64,000 bases of DNA from Spirochaetia bacterium. GTDB taxonomy: Bacteria; Spirochaetota; Spirochaetia; SZUA-6; Bin103. The DNA is taken from the NCBI GenBank assembly GCA_965203055.1, contig OZ241863.1, forward strand, positions 3,648,001 through 3,712,000, given 5' to 3'. Shown here in pieces: positions 17,051 to 28,232 of this stretch. Under the pieces are notes generated by a model that was not told the DNA's origin, made no database searches, and saw only the letters and a program-made list of their open reading frames with translations. Position 1 is the stretch's first letter, and each line of letters opens with the position of its first letter. A program made the position numbers and the translations under genes.

Positions 17051-19186
17051 TCATGACCGTACGAAGATACCGGCGGCGCCCAGCTTCTTGCGTATCGCCG
17101 CGGTGAGTTTCTTCCCGGCGGGCAGCTCCACCGCGGTGGCGGAGAGTTGCCGGCCATTCTTGCCCACTGCCGCCAATACCCGCGCTGCGGTCTCGGCGTC
17201 GCCGCAGTCCACCACCACCGCCGGGCGCACGTCGATCCAACGCACCTCGGCGGCCCACGCGGCGACTTGCCGTTGCACGTTGTCCGGCAGCGGATGCTTC
17301 GACAACCGGCGCAGCGAGGCGACGATGCCATCCCCATCCCGGCCTGCCCTGACGGCGCGTTGCACCGACTCGCGGCGCAGGACGAACAACGTGCCCACCG
17401 AATCGGGTCCCTCCAACGCCGCGGTCGGCTCCGCATAGGCGCGGGCCTGGAGCTGGACCTCCACCGACGGCGCCAGAAACACGATTTCGAAGTTGGGCTG
17501 CACCAGGATCTCGCCGGTGTCCTTGGCCGCGTCGAACTCGAACTGATCCGTATCCTTCAGCAGATAGCGGCCGGCCTGCGTAAGACGGAAGCCCACTCGG
17601 CCGCTGACGAGCCGCCCCAGCGTCACTCCTCCCAGTGCCACCAGACGCCGGAAGAAGAAGGCGGCCAATGTTCCCTTCCACTGTTCGTCGAGGTCATCCA
17701 TGTCTTCGAGGGGCAGGAAGACTTCGTCCTCGGTCAACGGATTGTTCCGGCTCCGCCACCGGTCCAGGAAATCGTTCAGATTCACCGCCGCGGCGCCCGC
17801 AGTCGAGCGAAAGGCGGCAGTCACCGCCGCGCGGCACTCGATCGGGTGATACCACCGATCATCCGCGCCGGGATCGTACGGCAGATAATCGAGGCGTTCG
17901 GCGAGGATCAACGGGCCGTCGTCGCCGGCGGGCTCATCCGCGTCTTCGTCGTCTTCCACGGCGTCGCCTTCGTCGTCGCCTTCGGCGTCGGACAGCAGGT
18001 ACTCGCCATCCTCCTCATAGTCGTCATCGTCGTAATAGCCGTCGTCCAACAACGGGACCTTGTCATCCGCGGCGGCGCGCAACGCGTCGAGCACCAGTTT
18101 GAGTCGGGCGCCGGCGGCGAGGCCCAGCCAGCGCCGCCCGCGCTCGGTCACCTCCAGGCGGAGGTCTTTGCCGCTGTCACCCCTGACCGCCGCCAACCCA
18201 AGCTGGTGCGCTGATTCCGCGGCAAGGTCGGCCCGCGCACCGCGCGGCAGCGGGGCGCCGAGAGTGTCGAGGGTGTCGAGCCAGGCCGGCAGCGCCGTGA
18301 GCGCGCGGGCGATCGTGTTGCGGGAGCGCGCGAACAGCGTGGAGTGATCGGCCCTGAGGCGCGGCGGGGCCGCGGTTGCCTCGACCAGCAGCAGCGCCAT
18401 GTCATCGATCAACAGGGGCCGGCAGAACTGCGCTTCGTTGCGGTCGAATTCAGGCGCCGATTCCGCGGGAGTGGCGGCAAGCTGCGCCGCGCGCGGCGAG
18501 CGCCACACGCCGAAGAAGAGCCGGCCCCCGTTGTCGAGGCCGACCAACGCCAGCGCCTCCCGGCAGGCGAATGCCAACGCCGGTGCCAGGAGGTCCTCCT
18601 CGGGCTTACCGCGGAACGCGGTGAGCAGGTCGGCGATGGAAATCGGGGCGCCGTGCTGGAGCACCGCTACGATCAGTTGGCGCGCAAGGCCGACCGCCGC
18701 CGGCGGCGCCAGGCGCCATCGTTGCGGCCCCGGCCCTTGAGGCTCGACGCCGGAATCCTCCTGCCCCAGAAAGTCGGCCAACCACTCCGCCCCGCCCATC
18801 TCCTCGGCCAGTTCGGCGCGGCTGGTAGTCGTTTCGGCCCCGGAGCGGCTCAGCGCCGCGCAATCGCGCGCTGAGAAGTGCGCGGTCAGGTAGTCGATCA
18901 GGCGTTGCGGGTCGGCGTGCCCGTAGTGGTCGAGTACCGCCACGCGCGACAGCGCGTTCAAGACACCATGGAAGTAGCGCCGCGCGCCCGGCACGGCGTA
19001 GGACTTGCCGCCGGCCGGCGTGAACCATTCTTCGTCGATCAGTACGCGGACGTAGCCGGCGCGGGGCAGCCTGTAGCGTTCCTCCGGCTGCATTTCCAGC
19101 CAGAGCAGGCGTTGGTCGGGTTTCAACTTGTCCCATTGCGGCAGCAGTTCCAGGAGCCGCTCCCACTTGACGTCGGCCAGCTTCAC
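17051..19186 (-). CDS. XPB-associated protein with C-terminal helicase-associated (Helicase_C_3-like) domain
   Basis: ILVQPNFEIV...LRRESVQRA...PLPDNV; coupled to XPB helicase. Confidence 0.75.
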   Translation of the reverse strand: MKLADVKWERLLELLPQWDKLKPDQRLLWLEMQPEERYRLPRAGYVRVLIDEEWFTPAGGKSYAVPGARRYFHGVLNALSRVAVLDHYGHADPQRLIDYLTAHFSARDCAALSRSGAETTTSRAELAEEMGGAEWLADFLGQEDSGVEPQGPGPQRWRLAPPAAVGLARQLIVAVLQHGAPISIADLLTAFRGKPEEDLLAPALAFACREALALVGLDNGGRLFFGVWRSPRAAQLAATPAESAPEFDRNEAQFCRPLLIDDMALLLVEATAAPPRLRADHSTLFARSRNTIARALTALPAWLDTLDTLGAPLPRGARADLAAESAHQLGLAAVRGDSGKDLRLEVTERGRRWLGLAAGARLKLVLDALRAAADDKVPLLDDGYYDDDDYEEDGEYLLSDAEGDDEGDAVEDDEDADEPAGDDGPLILAERLDYLPYDPGADDRWYHPIECRAAVTAAFRSTAGAAAVNLNDFLDRWRSRNNPLTEDEVFLPLEDMDDLDEQWKGTLAAFFFRRLVALGGVTLGRLVSGRVGFRLTQAGRYLLKDTDQFEFDAAKDTGEILVQPNFEIVFLAPSVEVQLQARAYAEPTAALEGPDSVGTLFVLRRESVQRAVRAGRDGDGIVASLRRLSKHPLPDNVQRQVAAWAAEVRWIDVRPAVVVDCGDAETAARVLAAVGKNGRQLSATAVELPAGKKLTAAIRKKLGAAGIFVRS

Positions 19187-20985
19187 CGCGGCCCACCGGG
19201 CGTGCCCGCGGGCACCAGCTGCAGCCGGCGTTCGCCGCCGGCTATATCCACAGCCGCCGCGGCGGCATCATCCGCTGCCCGGTGCATGGCCGGCGCCGCG
19301 GCGGCGTCGTCGCCGGCGGCGTCTTCGGCGTCGACGATGGCATATTCGTAGCCTTGCTCGCAGAGGAAGCGCTGGCGGTGCATGGCGTATTCCTGCTCGA
19401 CCGTGGCGGCGCTGACCAGCGAATAGAAGTGCGCCTGACTCCCGTCCCGCTTGGGACGCAGGATGCGCCCCAGGCGTTGCGCCTCCTCCTGGCGGGAACC
19501 GAAGGTCCCGGAGATCTGGATCGCGACGTTGGCCTCCGGCAGGTCGAGCGCCAGGCTGCCGATCTTGCTTACCGCCAGGCAGCGGAGCTCGCCGTCGCGG
19601 AACGCGGCGAACAGCTTGTCGCGCCGTTTCTGGGAGGAGCTGCCGGTGAGCACCGGGATGGCAACGGCGGCGGCCAGCTCCGTGATCTGCTCGACGTACA
19701 TCGCCATCACCAGGATGCGGTCGGCGCGGTGCCGCTCCAGCAGGGCGCGCACCAGGGCGGTCTTGGCCGGATTCTCGGCCGCCATGCGGAACTGCCGGCG
19801 CGCTCCCGCCGCAGCGTAGCTCAGGCGCCGCGGCGGCGGCAGCGACACGCGCACCTCGGTGCAGCGCGCGGTGGCGACCCACCCCTGCTGCTCCAGCTCG
19901 CGCCAGGGAACGTCGGCCTTCTTGGGACCGATCAGGGCGAACACGTCATCCTCGCGGCCATCTTCCCGCACCAGGGTTGCGGTCAGCCCCAACCGCCGGC
20001 GCGCCTGCAGGGCGGCGGTAACCTGGAATACCGGCGCCGGCAGCAGGTGCACTTCGTCGTAGATGATCAGGCCCCAGTTGCCGCGGTCGAACACTTCCAG
20101 ATTGGTCATCGGGTCGCCGGCCCGGCGGCGGTGGGTGAGCATCTGGTAGGTGGCCACCGTAAACGGCCGCAGGGCGCGGCCGGGACCGGCGTAGATGCCC
20201 ACCTGCTCCGCCTCCAGGGTGGTCTTGTCGAGCGCCTCGGCGATCCACTGCCGGGCGGCGGTGACGCTGGTGCAAAGGACCAGGGTAGTGCGCTGCAGGG
20301 CCTGCGCGCAGGCCAGGCCGACCACCGTCTTGCCGGCGCCGCACGGCAGCACGATCACGCCGCTGCCGCCGGCGCTGTGGCGGGCGGCAGCGAAGGCGCG
20401 CGCCGCCTCCGCCTGGTAGCCGCGCAACCCGAATGGCTGCCCGCTCAGGGTGGCGGCGCGCAACGCGAAGCTGAGCGGCTTGCCGCGCGCGTAGCCGGCT
20501 TCGTCGTTGGGCGGAAACCCGGCGCGCACCAGCGCCAGCTTGAGCAGGCCGCGTTTCTCGGCGTCGACCTGGAACGAGCGCCGGTCGACGCGGTCACCGA
20601 GCCATCGGGATACGTCGCGGCGGCGGCGCACGATCTCCAGCGCTTCGTCGTCGCTCGATTCGAGCGTCAGGCCGTCGTCTCCGGCCAGCAGGCGCAGCTT
20701 GCCGAAGCGGGCGGCGTGCGAGCGGATTTCGACGAGCGTGGCGTCCGGCACCGGGTAGCGGCTGAATTCGCGCAGCGTGGCGATGATCTGCTCCACCGTG
20801 ACCCCGGCGGAGCGCGCGTTCCAGATCGACAGGGCGGTAATGCGGTAGGTGTGCACGTGCTCGGGCGCCTTGATCAACTCCGCGAACGCCAGGAGTTGTG
20901 ACCGCGCGGCCTCGAAACGGGGACTGGCTACCTCCAGCAGGAGGGTATCCACGCCCTGCACGATGAGGGGTTGATCACTGGCCAT
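19183..20985 (-). CDS. DNA repair helicase XPB/Rad25
   Basis: PLIVQG, KAPEHVHTYRIT, LPCGAGKT, DEVH, FGSRQEEAQRLGRILRPK. Confidence 0.92.
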   Translation of the reverse strand: MASDQPLIVQGVDTLLLEVASPRFEAARSQLLAFAELIKAPEHVHTYRITALSIWNARSAGVTVEQIIATLREFSRYPVPDATLVEIRSHAARFGKLRLLAGDDGLTLESSDDEALEIVRRRRDVSRWLGDRVDRRSFQVDAEKRGLLKLALVRAGFPPNDEAGYARGKPLSFALRAATLSGQPFGLRGYQAEAARAFAAARHSAGGSGVIVLPCGAGKTVVGLACAQALQRTTLVLCTSVTAARQWIAEALDKTTLEAEQVGIYAGPGRALRPFTVATYQMLTHRRRAGDPMTNLEVFDRGNWGLIIYDEVHLLPAPVFQVTAALQARRRLGLTATLVREDGREDDVFALIGPKKADVPWRELEQQGWVATARCTEVRVSLPPPRRLSYAAAGARRQFRMAAENPAKTALVRALLERHRADRILVMAMYVEQITELAAAVAIPVLTGSSSQKRRDKLFAAFRDGELRCLAVSKIGSLALDLPEANVAIQISGTFGSRQEEAQRLGRILRPKRDGSQAHFYSLVSAATVEQEYAMHRQRFLCEQGYEYAIVDAEDAAGDDAAAAPAMHRAADDAAAAAVDIAGGERRLQLVPAGTPGGPR

Positions 20986-21085
20986 GAAACAGGGGCCCAG
21001 CATAACCCGAAGCTCGCTCCGGGGCCAACACGCCCGCAGCGGCGCCGGCAGGCGCGCAGGCGGCTTTCCGGGTAGGCTTGCGCCG

Positions 21086-22123
21086 ATGCGCACGATGAAG
21101 ATGAAAGCCGCGGCGCAGCCCCTCGGCGTCATGCTGGCGGCCGCGGTGGCGGCGCTCCTGTTCGGCGCCGGGCCGGCGGCTGCCGACACCGTTGCCGCCG
21201 GCCCGCTCAAGGCGGCGGCAGTCTACACGCAGCCGGTCACGCAGAAGTGGGTCCGCCGCCTGCACGAGGCGCTGAGCGCGGCGCAGCGCCGGGGCGAGAT
21301 CGAGTACCTCTTCTCCGAGCAGGTGGCGGCGGGCGGCGGCGATTACGTCCGCGCGCTGCGCGAGTATGCCGCGAGCGGCGCCGCGCTGATCGTCGGCGAG
21401 GCGTTCGGCATCGGCGCCGCAGCCCGGCAGGTGGCCGACGACCATCCCGGCGTCGCCTTCCTGATGGGCGACTCCCGGCCGCCGCACGGCGCCAACTTCG
21501 CGGTGTTCGACAACTACCTCCACGAAGCCTGCTACCTGATGGGCCTCCTGGCCGGATCGATGACCGCGACCGGCCGGATCGGCATGGTCGGCGGCTACCC
21601 GATCGGCGAGGTGAACCGCCTGTTCCACGCCTTCATGGCCGGCGCGCGCTCGGTCAATCCGGCGGTCGAGTTCAAGGTGGCGTTCATCGACTCCTGGTAT
21701 GACCCGCCGCAGGCCCGGGCGGCGGCGCTGGCGCAGGTAGCGGCCGGCGTCGACGTGCTCTACGCGGAGCGCGCCGGGGTGGTGGACGCCGCCCGCGAAA
21801 GCGGCATCATCGCCTTCGGCAGCGTCACCGACATGAACCGGGAGGAGAACGGCCACGGCGTCGTCGTCACCTCGGCGCTGTGGGACATGAATCCCGCCGT
21901 CGGCCACGCCATTCAGGCGGTCAGAGAGGGCCGCTTCGAAGCCGCCGACTACCGGGAATGGACCATGATGGCGAAGGGCGGCGCCCGCCTGGCCCCCTAC
22001 TACGAGTTCGAGGAGCGCATCCCGGCCGCCGCCAAGGCGCTGGTCGAAGCGATCCGGGCGGACATCCTCGCCGGCCGCCGGGTAGTCGAAATCGACGACT
22101 CCGTCCCCGAATCCACCTACTAG
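21086..22123 (+). CDS. BMP-family (nucleoside/purine) ABC transporter substrate-binding protein
   Basis: Signal peptide; IGMVGGYPIGEVNRL, FIDSWYDP, GVDVLYAER. Confidence 0.85.
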   Translation: MRTMKMKAAAQPLGVMLAAAVAALLFGAGPAAADTVAAGPLKAAAVYTQPVTQKWVRRLHEALSAAQRRGEIEYLFSEQVAAGGGDYVRALREYAASGAALIVGEAFGIGAAARQVADDHPGVAFLMGDSRPPHGANFAVFDNYLHEACYLMGLLAGSMTATGRIGMVGGYPIGEVNRLFHAFMAGARSVNPAVEFKVAFIDSWYDPPQARAAALAQVAAGVDVLYAERAGVVDAARESGIIAFGSVTDMNREENGHGVVVTSALWDMNPAVGHAIQAVREGRFEAADYREWTMMAKGGARLAPYYEFEERIPAAAKALVEAIRADILAGRRVVEIDDSVPESTY

Positions 22124-22155
22124 GCCGGCAGGCCGCCGCGCGTGCCGCGGCGCTG

Positions 22156-23502
22156 CTACAGCGAGGCTGCCAGGACGCGGGAGTTGCGGCTGCGGTCGTA
22201 GCCGCCGCGGCGATTGGCCGGCAGGGTGTCGGGGGAGACCTCGGCAAACCCCTGCTGCATGAAGAAGTCCGCCGACTGGGTGGTCAGCGCTACGACCCGC
22301 TGCGCGCCGCGCGCCCGCGCCTCCTGCATCAGGCAGGTCACCAGCCGCACGCCGGTGCCGCTGCCGCGGTAGCCCTCGCTCACCACCAGGCTTTCGATCT
22401 CGGCGCTGTGGTCATCGAGCCGGCGCAGCGCGGCGCAGCCCTGGATCGTGTCGTCCACGCGGTACACGAAGTAGTCGTCGAGCCGCTCGGCGACGTCGGC
22501 CGCACTCCTCGCCCGCAGCAGCCCGGCGTCGATCTGCGGCTGCAGCAGGCGCATGATTTCCGGCACGTCGGCCGCCCGCGCCGCCGCGATGTCGATGTAC
22601 TGGTCGGCGTAGAACATGGTGCCGACCCCATCGGCGGAAAATATCTCGTCGATCAGGATGCCGTCGCGGCGCCCGTCCACGACGTGCACGCGGTCCACGC
22701 CCCCGGCGCAGGCGCCGACCGCGGCGGCGACCAGCGCGCCGGCATCGGCCTCGAGCTGCGCGCCGCAGCGCTCCAGCAGGCGCTCCGCGGCGCGGTAGTC
22801 GACGCTGGAATAGTACCCGTCGGGCCGCGTCGCCAGCTCGACTCCCGCGCACGGCACCGCGGCGACCCCCGCCGCGGCCCCTACCAGGAACACCTTGGCG
22901 GCGCGCAACTCCCGCGCCACCGCCACCACCAACTCCAGACTGGAAATGTTGTACGCCTTGCCGACCGCGTTCCAGCCGATGTTGGAGATGATCGGGATGG
23001 CGCCGGTCTCCAGCAGCGCGCGCAGCAATCCCGCGTCGACGCGCTCCACCCGCCCGGTACGTTGATAGTCCACGCCCTCCACGACTCCCGCGGTCCGCGC
23101 CCGCACCCAGTTGCCGACCACGGCGCGGGCGCCGCTTTCGGTAAGCAGCGCCAACAGCTCGTTGACCACGCCGGCCGCGCCGCGCATCACCGCGGCCATG
23201 TCGGCTTCCGCGGTGATGCGGCGCTCGCCGATGCCGGCCGGCGCCGGCGGCGGCCGGCGGCGCGGCCCGGCGGCGCGGCCCAGCGCCGCGTCGATGGCGC
23301 GGCGGGCGCCGGGCACCAGCACGATGTGGATTCCCATGCGCTGCAGCAGCACGATGTCCTTGATCAGCATCGGGAACAGCGGCGCGCCAAGCAGGTCGTC
23401 CTCGATCCGCAGGACGAACAGCCGCCCGCGGTAGTGCCCGAGATAGCTGAGCACGTCACGGGTCGCGGCGACGGAAGCGGCGGCAGTCATGGCGCTAGTC
23501 AT
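22156..23502 (-). CDS. argA: Amino-acid N-acetyltransferase (N-acetylglutamate synthase)
   Basis: AAK-like domain + GNAT; EIFSADGVGTM, LTTQSADFF, YDRSRNSRV. Confidence 0.88.
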   Translation of the reverse strand: MTSAMTAAASVAATRDVLSYLGHYRGRLFVLRIEDDLLGAPLFPMLIKDIVLLQRMGIHIVLVPGARRAIDAALGRAAGPRRRPPPAPAGIGERRITAEADMAAVMRGAAGVVNELLALLTESGARAVVGNWVRARTAGVVEGVDYQRTGRVERVDAGLLRALLETGAIPIISNIGWNAVGKAYNISSLELVVAVARELRAAKVFLVGAAAGVAAVPCAGVELATRPDGYYSSVDYRAAERLLERCGAQLEADAGALVAAAVGACAGGVDRVHVVDGRRDGILIDEIFSADGVGTMFYADQYIDIAAARAADVPEIMRLLQPQIDAGLLRARSAADVAERLDDYFVYRVDDTIQGCAALRRLDDHSAEIESLVVSEGYRGSGTGVRLVTCLMQEARARGAQRVVALTTQSADFFMQQGFAEVSPDTLPANRRGGYDRSRNSRVLAASL

Positions 23503-23663
23503 TGTCGCCGTTGCGCCTGCCCCTCTCAAGGGGGCGGCGGGCAGAGTTGGGCAGGGTGGGCAGGTACGGAACGGTTGCGCTTCCGCCGCGCCGCCGGTAG
23601 ATTCGGCGGCAGGAGTCACGGTGATCCATCCCTGCGAGTGCCGATCATGAGGCGCCGGCCAGC

Positions 23664-24767
23664 ATGAGCCGGCTGCGAAACTTTTCCGCCGGTCCCGGGG
23701 CGCTGCCGGTACCGGTACTGGAGGAAGCGCGCGCGGCACTGCTGGAGCTGCCCGGCGCCGGCGCTTCCATCATCGAGATCAGCCACCGCTCGGAGCGGTT
23801 CGCCGAGATACTGGCGGAGACCAGGGACAACCTGCGGGCCTTGTTGGGAATCGGCGACGACTACGAGGTGCTGTTGCTCCAGGGCGGCGCGCAACAGCAG
23901 TTTGCGATGATCCCGATGAACTTCCTTGCCGGCAGCGGGGGCTGCGCGGAGTACGTGGTGAGCGGGCATTGGAGCCGCGCGGCCTGCCGCGAAGCGGAGC
24001 TGGAAGGATGCTGCGCGGCGCTCTGGGACGGCGCCGGCGACGACTACCGGCGGATGCCCGGCAGCGCGGAGCTGGTGTTGGACGGCGCCCGCCGCTCCCG
24101 CGCCGCCTACGTGCACTACACGACCAACGAGACCATCCAGGGCACGCAGCTCCGGGAGTTGCCCCAGTTCGGGCCCGTGCCCGCGATCTGCGACGCCTCC
24201 TCCGACCTGCTCTCCCGGCCGCTGCCGATGGAGCGCTGCAGCATGGTCTACGCCAGCGCGCAGAAGAACCTGGGGCCGGCCGGACTTACCGTGGTGATCG
24301 TCCGCCGCGGCCTGCTGGAGCGCGGCGCCAAGAGGCTGCACCCCATGCTCGACTATCGGGAGCTGGCGGCGCAGGATTCGCTGCTGAACACGCCGCCGGT
24401 ATTCTCGATCTACGTGACGCTGCTGGTTACCCGCTGGATTCGCGGCGCGATCGGCGGCCTGGAAGCGATGGCGCGCCGCAACCGCGCCAAGGCCGAGACC
24501 CTGTACCAGGTACTGGACGGTAGCGGCGGCTTCTATCGAGGCCACGCCCGCCCGGACAGCCGGTCGCGCATGAACGTTACCTGGCGGCTGGCGGATGAGG
24601 GGCTGGAGCGGCGCTTCCTGGAGGAGGCGGCCGCGGCCGGCTGCATCGAGCTGCGCGGGCATCGTTCGATAGGCGGGGTGCGCGCTTCGCTGTACAACGC
24701 GGTGACCCTCGAAAGCTGCCGCGAGCTGGCCGCGTTCATGACGGAGTTTCAGCGCCGCCGCGGGTAG
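23664..24767 (+). CDS. serC: Phosphoserine aminotransferase
   Basis: [44 protein letters not shown]. Confidence 0.95.
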   Translation: MSRLRNFSAGPGALPVPVLEEARAALLELPGAGASIIEISHRSERFAEILAETRDNLRALLGIGDDYEVLLLQGGAQQQFAMIPMNFLAGSGGCAEYVVSGHWSRAACREAELEGCCAALWDGAGDDYRRMPGSAELVLDGARRSRAAYVHYTTNETIQGTQLRELPQFGPVPAICDASSDLLSRPLPMERCSMVYASAQKNLGPAGLTVVIVRRGLLERGAKRLHPMLDYRELAAQDSLLNTPPVFSIYVTLLVTRWIRGAIGGLEAMARRNRAKAETLYQVLDGSGGFYRGHARPDSRSRMNVTWRLADEGLERRFLEEAAAAGCIELRGHRSIGGVRASLYNAVTLESCRELAAFMTEFQRRRG

Positions 24768-24771
24768 AGGA

Positions 24772-25752
24772 ATGAGCATGGCACAGGGATGTTGCGCGCC
24801 GGATGCGGCGCGCAACCGGCGCGCAACCGGTGGCGAAACGGCAGGGGCCGCCAACCGCGGCCCGCATGCCGCGGTCGGCGGCGCGCATGACGATGGCCGG
24901 CCGATGCGCGAGCTGGCCGCCGCAGCCTTCCTCATGGGCACCGCCGATGACGACGGCTTTCCGGCGGACGGCGAAGGCCCGGTCCGCGAGGTGTCGCTGA
25001 GCGGCTTCGCCATCGATCTGTGCGCGGTGAGCAACGACGAGTTCGCCGCCTTCGTGGAAGAGGCCGGCTACGTTACCGAAGCCGAGCACTTCGGCTGGTC
25101 GTTCGTGTTCAGGAACCACGTTCCCAAGAGCGCATTCAAGAAGCGGCTGGTGCGTACCGTGCCGGGACTGGCGTGGTGGTACGCGGTGGACCGCGCCTGC
25201 TGGAAGCGGCCCGAGGGGCCGGGCTCCAACGTCCGCAAGCGCGGCGGCCATCCGGTGACCCACGTCTCGCATGCCGACGCCCGCGCCTACTGCGCCTGGG
25301 CCGGCAAGCGGTTGCCGAGCGAAGCGGAGTGGGAGTATGCCGCGCGCGGCGGCCTGGAGCAGCGCACCTACGCCTGGGGCGACGCGCTGACCCCCGGCGG
25401 CAAGCATCACTGCAACATCTGGCAAGGCAAGTTCCCGGAGCGCGATCTGGCGGTCGACGGCTACGCCGGCACCTGTCCGGTGCGCGCGTTTCCGGCCAAC
25501 GGCTACGGACTGCACAACGTGGCGGGCAATGTGTGGGAGTGGTGCGCGGACTGGTTCAGCCCCGATTACCACCTCACCGCGTCACGCACCGACCCCGGCG
25601 GCCCCCCGCGCGGCAGCGGCCGCGTCATGCGCGGCGGTTCCTTTCTCTGCCACCGCTCCTACTGCAATCGCTACCGCGTCGCCGCCCGCACCAGCAATTC
25701 GCCCGACAGCTCCACCGCCAACCTCGGCTTTCGCTGCGCCCGTTCGCTGTAG
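24772..25752 (+). CDS. Formylglycine-generating enzyme (sulfatase-modifying factor)
   Basis: [47 protein letters not shown]. Confidence 0.92.
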   Translation: MSMAQGCCAPDAARNRRATGGETAGAANRGPHAAVGGAHDDGRPMRELAAAAFLMGTADDDGFPADGEGPVREVSLSGFAIDLCAVSNDEFAAFVEEAGYVTEAEHFGWSFVFRNHVPKSAFKKRLVRTVPGLAWWYAVDRACWKRPEGPGSNVRKRGGHPVTHVSHADARAYCAWAGKRLPSEAEWEYAARGGLEQRTYAWGDALTPGGKHHCNIWQGKFPERDLAVDGYAGTCPVRAFPANGYGLHNVAGNVWEWCADWFSPDYHLTASRTDPGGPPRGSGRVMRGGSFLCHRSYCNRYRVAARTSNSPDSSTANLGFRCARSL

Positions 25753-25789
25753 TACGAGGCAAGAGTCAGCGGCGCCGCGGCCGCCGCGC

Positions 25790-26785
25790 TCATGGGCGGC
25801 GGTTCCCCGGCACTTCGTTGCGGGCGGTCGCGCGGTGGCGCCGGTACCACTGCACCGTCTGTGCCAAGCCGGCCCGCAACGAGGTCCGAGGCGAAAATCC
25901 GAGCTCCTTGCGCGCCCGGGAAATGTCGAACCTGCGCCGGGCCTGGCCGGCGGGCCGACTGCGGTCCCACACGATCGCGCCGCGGTAGCCGGTAATCTCC
26001 CGCAGCAGCTCCACCACTTCGCGAATGCTGGTTTCGGCGCCGGAGGAAAGGTTCAGCAGCGCAGGCCGGTCGTACCGCTCGGCGGCGCGAATCATGCCCT
26101 GCGCCACGTCGCCGGCGAACACGAAGTCGCGCTGCGGCGCGCCGTTGCCCCAGACGGTCACCGACGGCAGGGCATCGTCCGCCGCCGCCACGAACTTGCG
26201 CACCAGAGCGGGCACCACGTGCGCCGCCTCCAGGTCGAAGTTGTCGTGCGGGCCGTAGATGTTGCCCGGCAGCGCCACCACGATCGGGAACCGGTACTGG
26301 CGCCAGTAGGCGAGCGACTGCACGTGCAGCATGCGCTTCGCCAGTGAGTAGGGCGCGCTTTCGTCTTGCGGAAACCCGTTCCAGAAGTCCTCTTCCCGGA
26401 TCGGCAGAGGTGCGTGCTCCGGGTATCCGCAACCGGTGCCGGCGGCCACCACCTTGGTTGCGCCGGCCTTCCATGCCTCGTGGAGCACGTTGGTGCCCAT
26501 CATCAGATTGCGGTAGAAGAAGTCGGCCGGGGCCGCCTGGTTGGCGCCGATGCCGCCCACGTAGCCGGCAAGATGAAAGACCACGCCGGCCGGCCGGTCG
26601 CGGAAGAGCTGTTCGGCGGCGTCCTGCCGCGTAAGGTCGTAGTCGCGGCTGCGCACCAGGTAGACGCCGGCGCAGTCCAGGGCCTGCAGGCAGCCGGCGA
26701 CGTGAGTCCCCAGCAATCCGCTGCCACCGGTCACCACGACCTGCCGGCCGCGCCAGAAATCCGCGGCGCCGCTGCCCTCCGTCAT
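25790..26785 (-). CDS. fcl: GDP-L-fucose synthase-like epimerase/reductase
   Basis: VTGGSGLLG, HLAGYVGGIGAN, YSLAK, PGNIYGPHDNF, HVVPAL. Confidence 0.85.
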   Translation of the reverse strand: MTEGSGAADFWRGRQVVVTGGSGLLGTHVAGCLQALDCAGVYLVRSRDYDLTRQDAAEQLFRDRPAGVVFHLAGYVGGIGANQAAPADFFYRNLMMGTNVLHEAWKAGATKVVAAGTGCGYPEHAPLPIREEDFWNGFPQDESAPYSLAKRMLHVQSLAYWRQYRFPIVVALPGNIYGPHDNFDLEAAHVVPALVRKFVAAADDALPSVTVWGNGAPQRDFVFAGDVAQGMIRAAERYDRPALLNLSSGAETSIREVVELLREITGYRGAIVWDRSRPAGQARRRFDISRARKELGFSPRTSLRAGLAQTVQWYRRHRATARNEVPGNRRP

Positions 26786-27369
26786 CGAAACGCCCGTTCG
26801 ACCAGCGCGCACACCACGTGCCCGATGGCGAGGTGAGCTTCCTGCACCTGCTGCGTCTGGCTGCTGGGCACGCGGATGCAGAGGTCGCAGCACGCCGCCA
26901 GGCCGTCCCCGCCCGCGCCGGTCAATCCCACCACCGTCATGCGCGCGGCCTGCGCCCGCCGCGCCGCGCGCACCACGTTCTCCGACGCGCCGCTGGTGCT
27001 GATCGCCAACAGAACGTCGCCGGCGCTGCCCAGAGCTTCCACTTGACGTTCGAACACGGCCCCCAGCCCGAAGTCATTGCCGACCGCGGTCACGATCGAG
27101 GTGTCGGTCGTCAGGGCCACGGCCGGCAGGCCGCGGCGCGCTACCGACGGATCCAACGCGCCTACGAACTCCGCGGCGAGGTGCTGACTGGCGGCGGCGC
27201 TGCCGCCGTTCCCGCAGATCAGCAGCTTGCCGCCGTGCTGCAGGGTTCGCCGAACCGCCCGTACCGCCGCCAGCACTTCGTTACCGCAGGCATCCATCAA
27301 GCGGCGCCGCAACTCGATCCCGGCGTCGAAGTGCGCCGCCAGCCGAGACCGGTCGTCGTGGTCGTCCAT
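26782..27369 (-). CDS. gmhA: Phosphoheptose (sedoheptulose-7-phosphate) isomerase
   Basis: CGNGGSAA, NDFG, ISTSGAS, QEAH. Confidence 0.9.
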   Translation of the reverse strand: MDDHDDRSRLAAHFDAGIELRRRLMDACGNEVLAAVRAVRRTLQHGGKLLICGNGGSAAASQHLAAEFVGALDPSVARRGLPAVALTTDTSIVTAVGNDFGLGAVFERQVEALGSAGDVLLAISTSGASENVVRAARRAQAARMTVVGLTGAGGDGLAACCDLCIRVPSSQTQQVQEAHLAIGHVVCALVERAFR

Positions 27370-27434
27370 GACAGCTCCCGTTGCCGCCTGCGAAGGTCGA
27401 ACTCGCGCCCGGCCTGCGCGAGGAGCGGCGCGGC

Positions 27435-28232
27435 TCATTCTGCCTCTCTTGCCGATGGTCGATCAAGCGCCGGGCCGCAGCCTTGCACCCACCCGGCCAT
27501 CAGTTTCCGCGCCCGGACAAGCCGGCCGGGGGTTCCGATGTCCACGAAGTCGGTGTCTGCGCGGTAGGCGCCGAGGCGCCCCTGCGCGGCCCAGGCAGGG
27601 AATATTTCGCGCTCCAGGGAGACGAAGCGCCCCTCGGGAACCTCCAACAGCAAGGAGCGGGGCAGCAGATAGACTCCCGCGCTGACCCAGGCCGGGCCGG
27701 CGGCCGGCTGCTTTTCGCCGAAGGACCTCACGAGTTGCGTGGCCGGGTCGATCCGCAGCCGCCCGAACGAAGACGCGGAGCGCACCCGCGCCGCGACCAG
27801 CGCCGCCGGGAAGGAGTGGTCGCGCTGCCAGTCGACAAACTTGGCCAGCGGGGTCCTGACGTAGCTGTCGGCGTTCATGATCAGCAATCGAGGGGCGGCC
27901 AGACGCCGGAACGCATGGCGCAGGGCCCCGGCGGTGCCCAAGGGAACCGGCTCCCGCGAGTATTCCAGCCGCAGCGAACCGCCGCACGATCGTCCCAGGA
28001 CCGCTTCCAGTTGGTCACCCCCGTAGCCGGTGCACAGTACGCAGCGCGCAACCCCGGCAGCGCGGATCTGACGCAGGAGGTGAGCCGCGAACGGCTGCCC
28101 GGCGACTTCGCAAAGCGCCTTCGGCAGGTCGCCGGAAACGGACCGCAGCCGCGTGCCGGCGCCGCCCGCCAGCAGCACCGCTTCGACGCCGGGCAGTGCC
28201 GCGCCGCCGCCGGCGCCGGGCGAGAGCGTCAC
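27435..28232 (-). CDS. hddC: D-glycero-alpha-D-manno-heptose-1-phosphate guanylyltransferase-like nucleotidyltransferase
   Basis: LAGGAGTRL...PK, PLGTAGAL, SLEREIFP, FVDIGTP; GTGA coupling to kinase. Confidence 0.78.
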   Translation of the reverse strand: MTLSPGAGGGAALPGVEAVLLAGGAGTRLRSVSGDLPKALCEVAGQPFAAHLLRQIRAAGVARCVLCTGYGGDQLEAVLGRSCGGSLRLEYSREPVPLGTAGALRHAFRRLAAPRLLIMNADSYVRTPLAKFVDWQRDHSFPAALVAARVRSASSFGRLRIDPATQLVRSFGEKQPAAGPAWVSAGVYLLPRSLLLEVPEGRFVSLEREIFPAWAAQGRLGAYRADTDFVDIGTPGRLVRARKLMAGWVQGCGPALDRPSAREAE

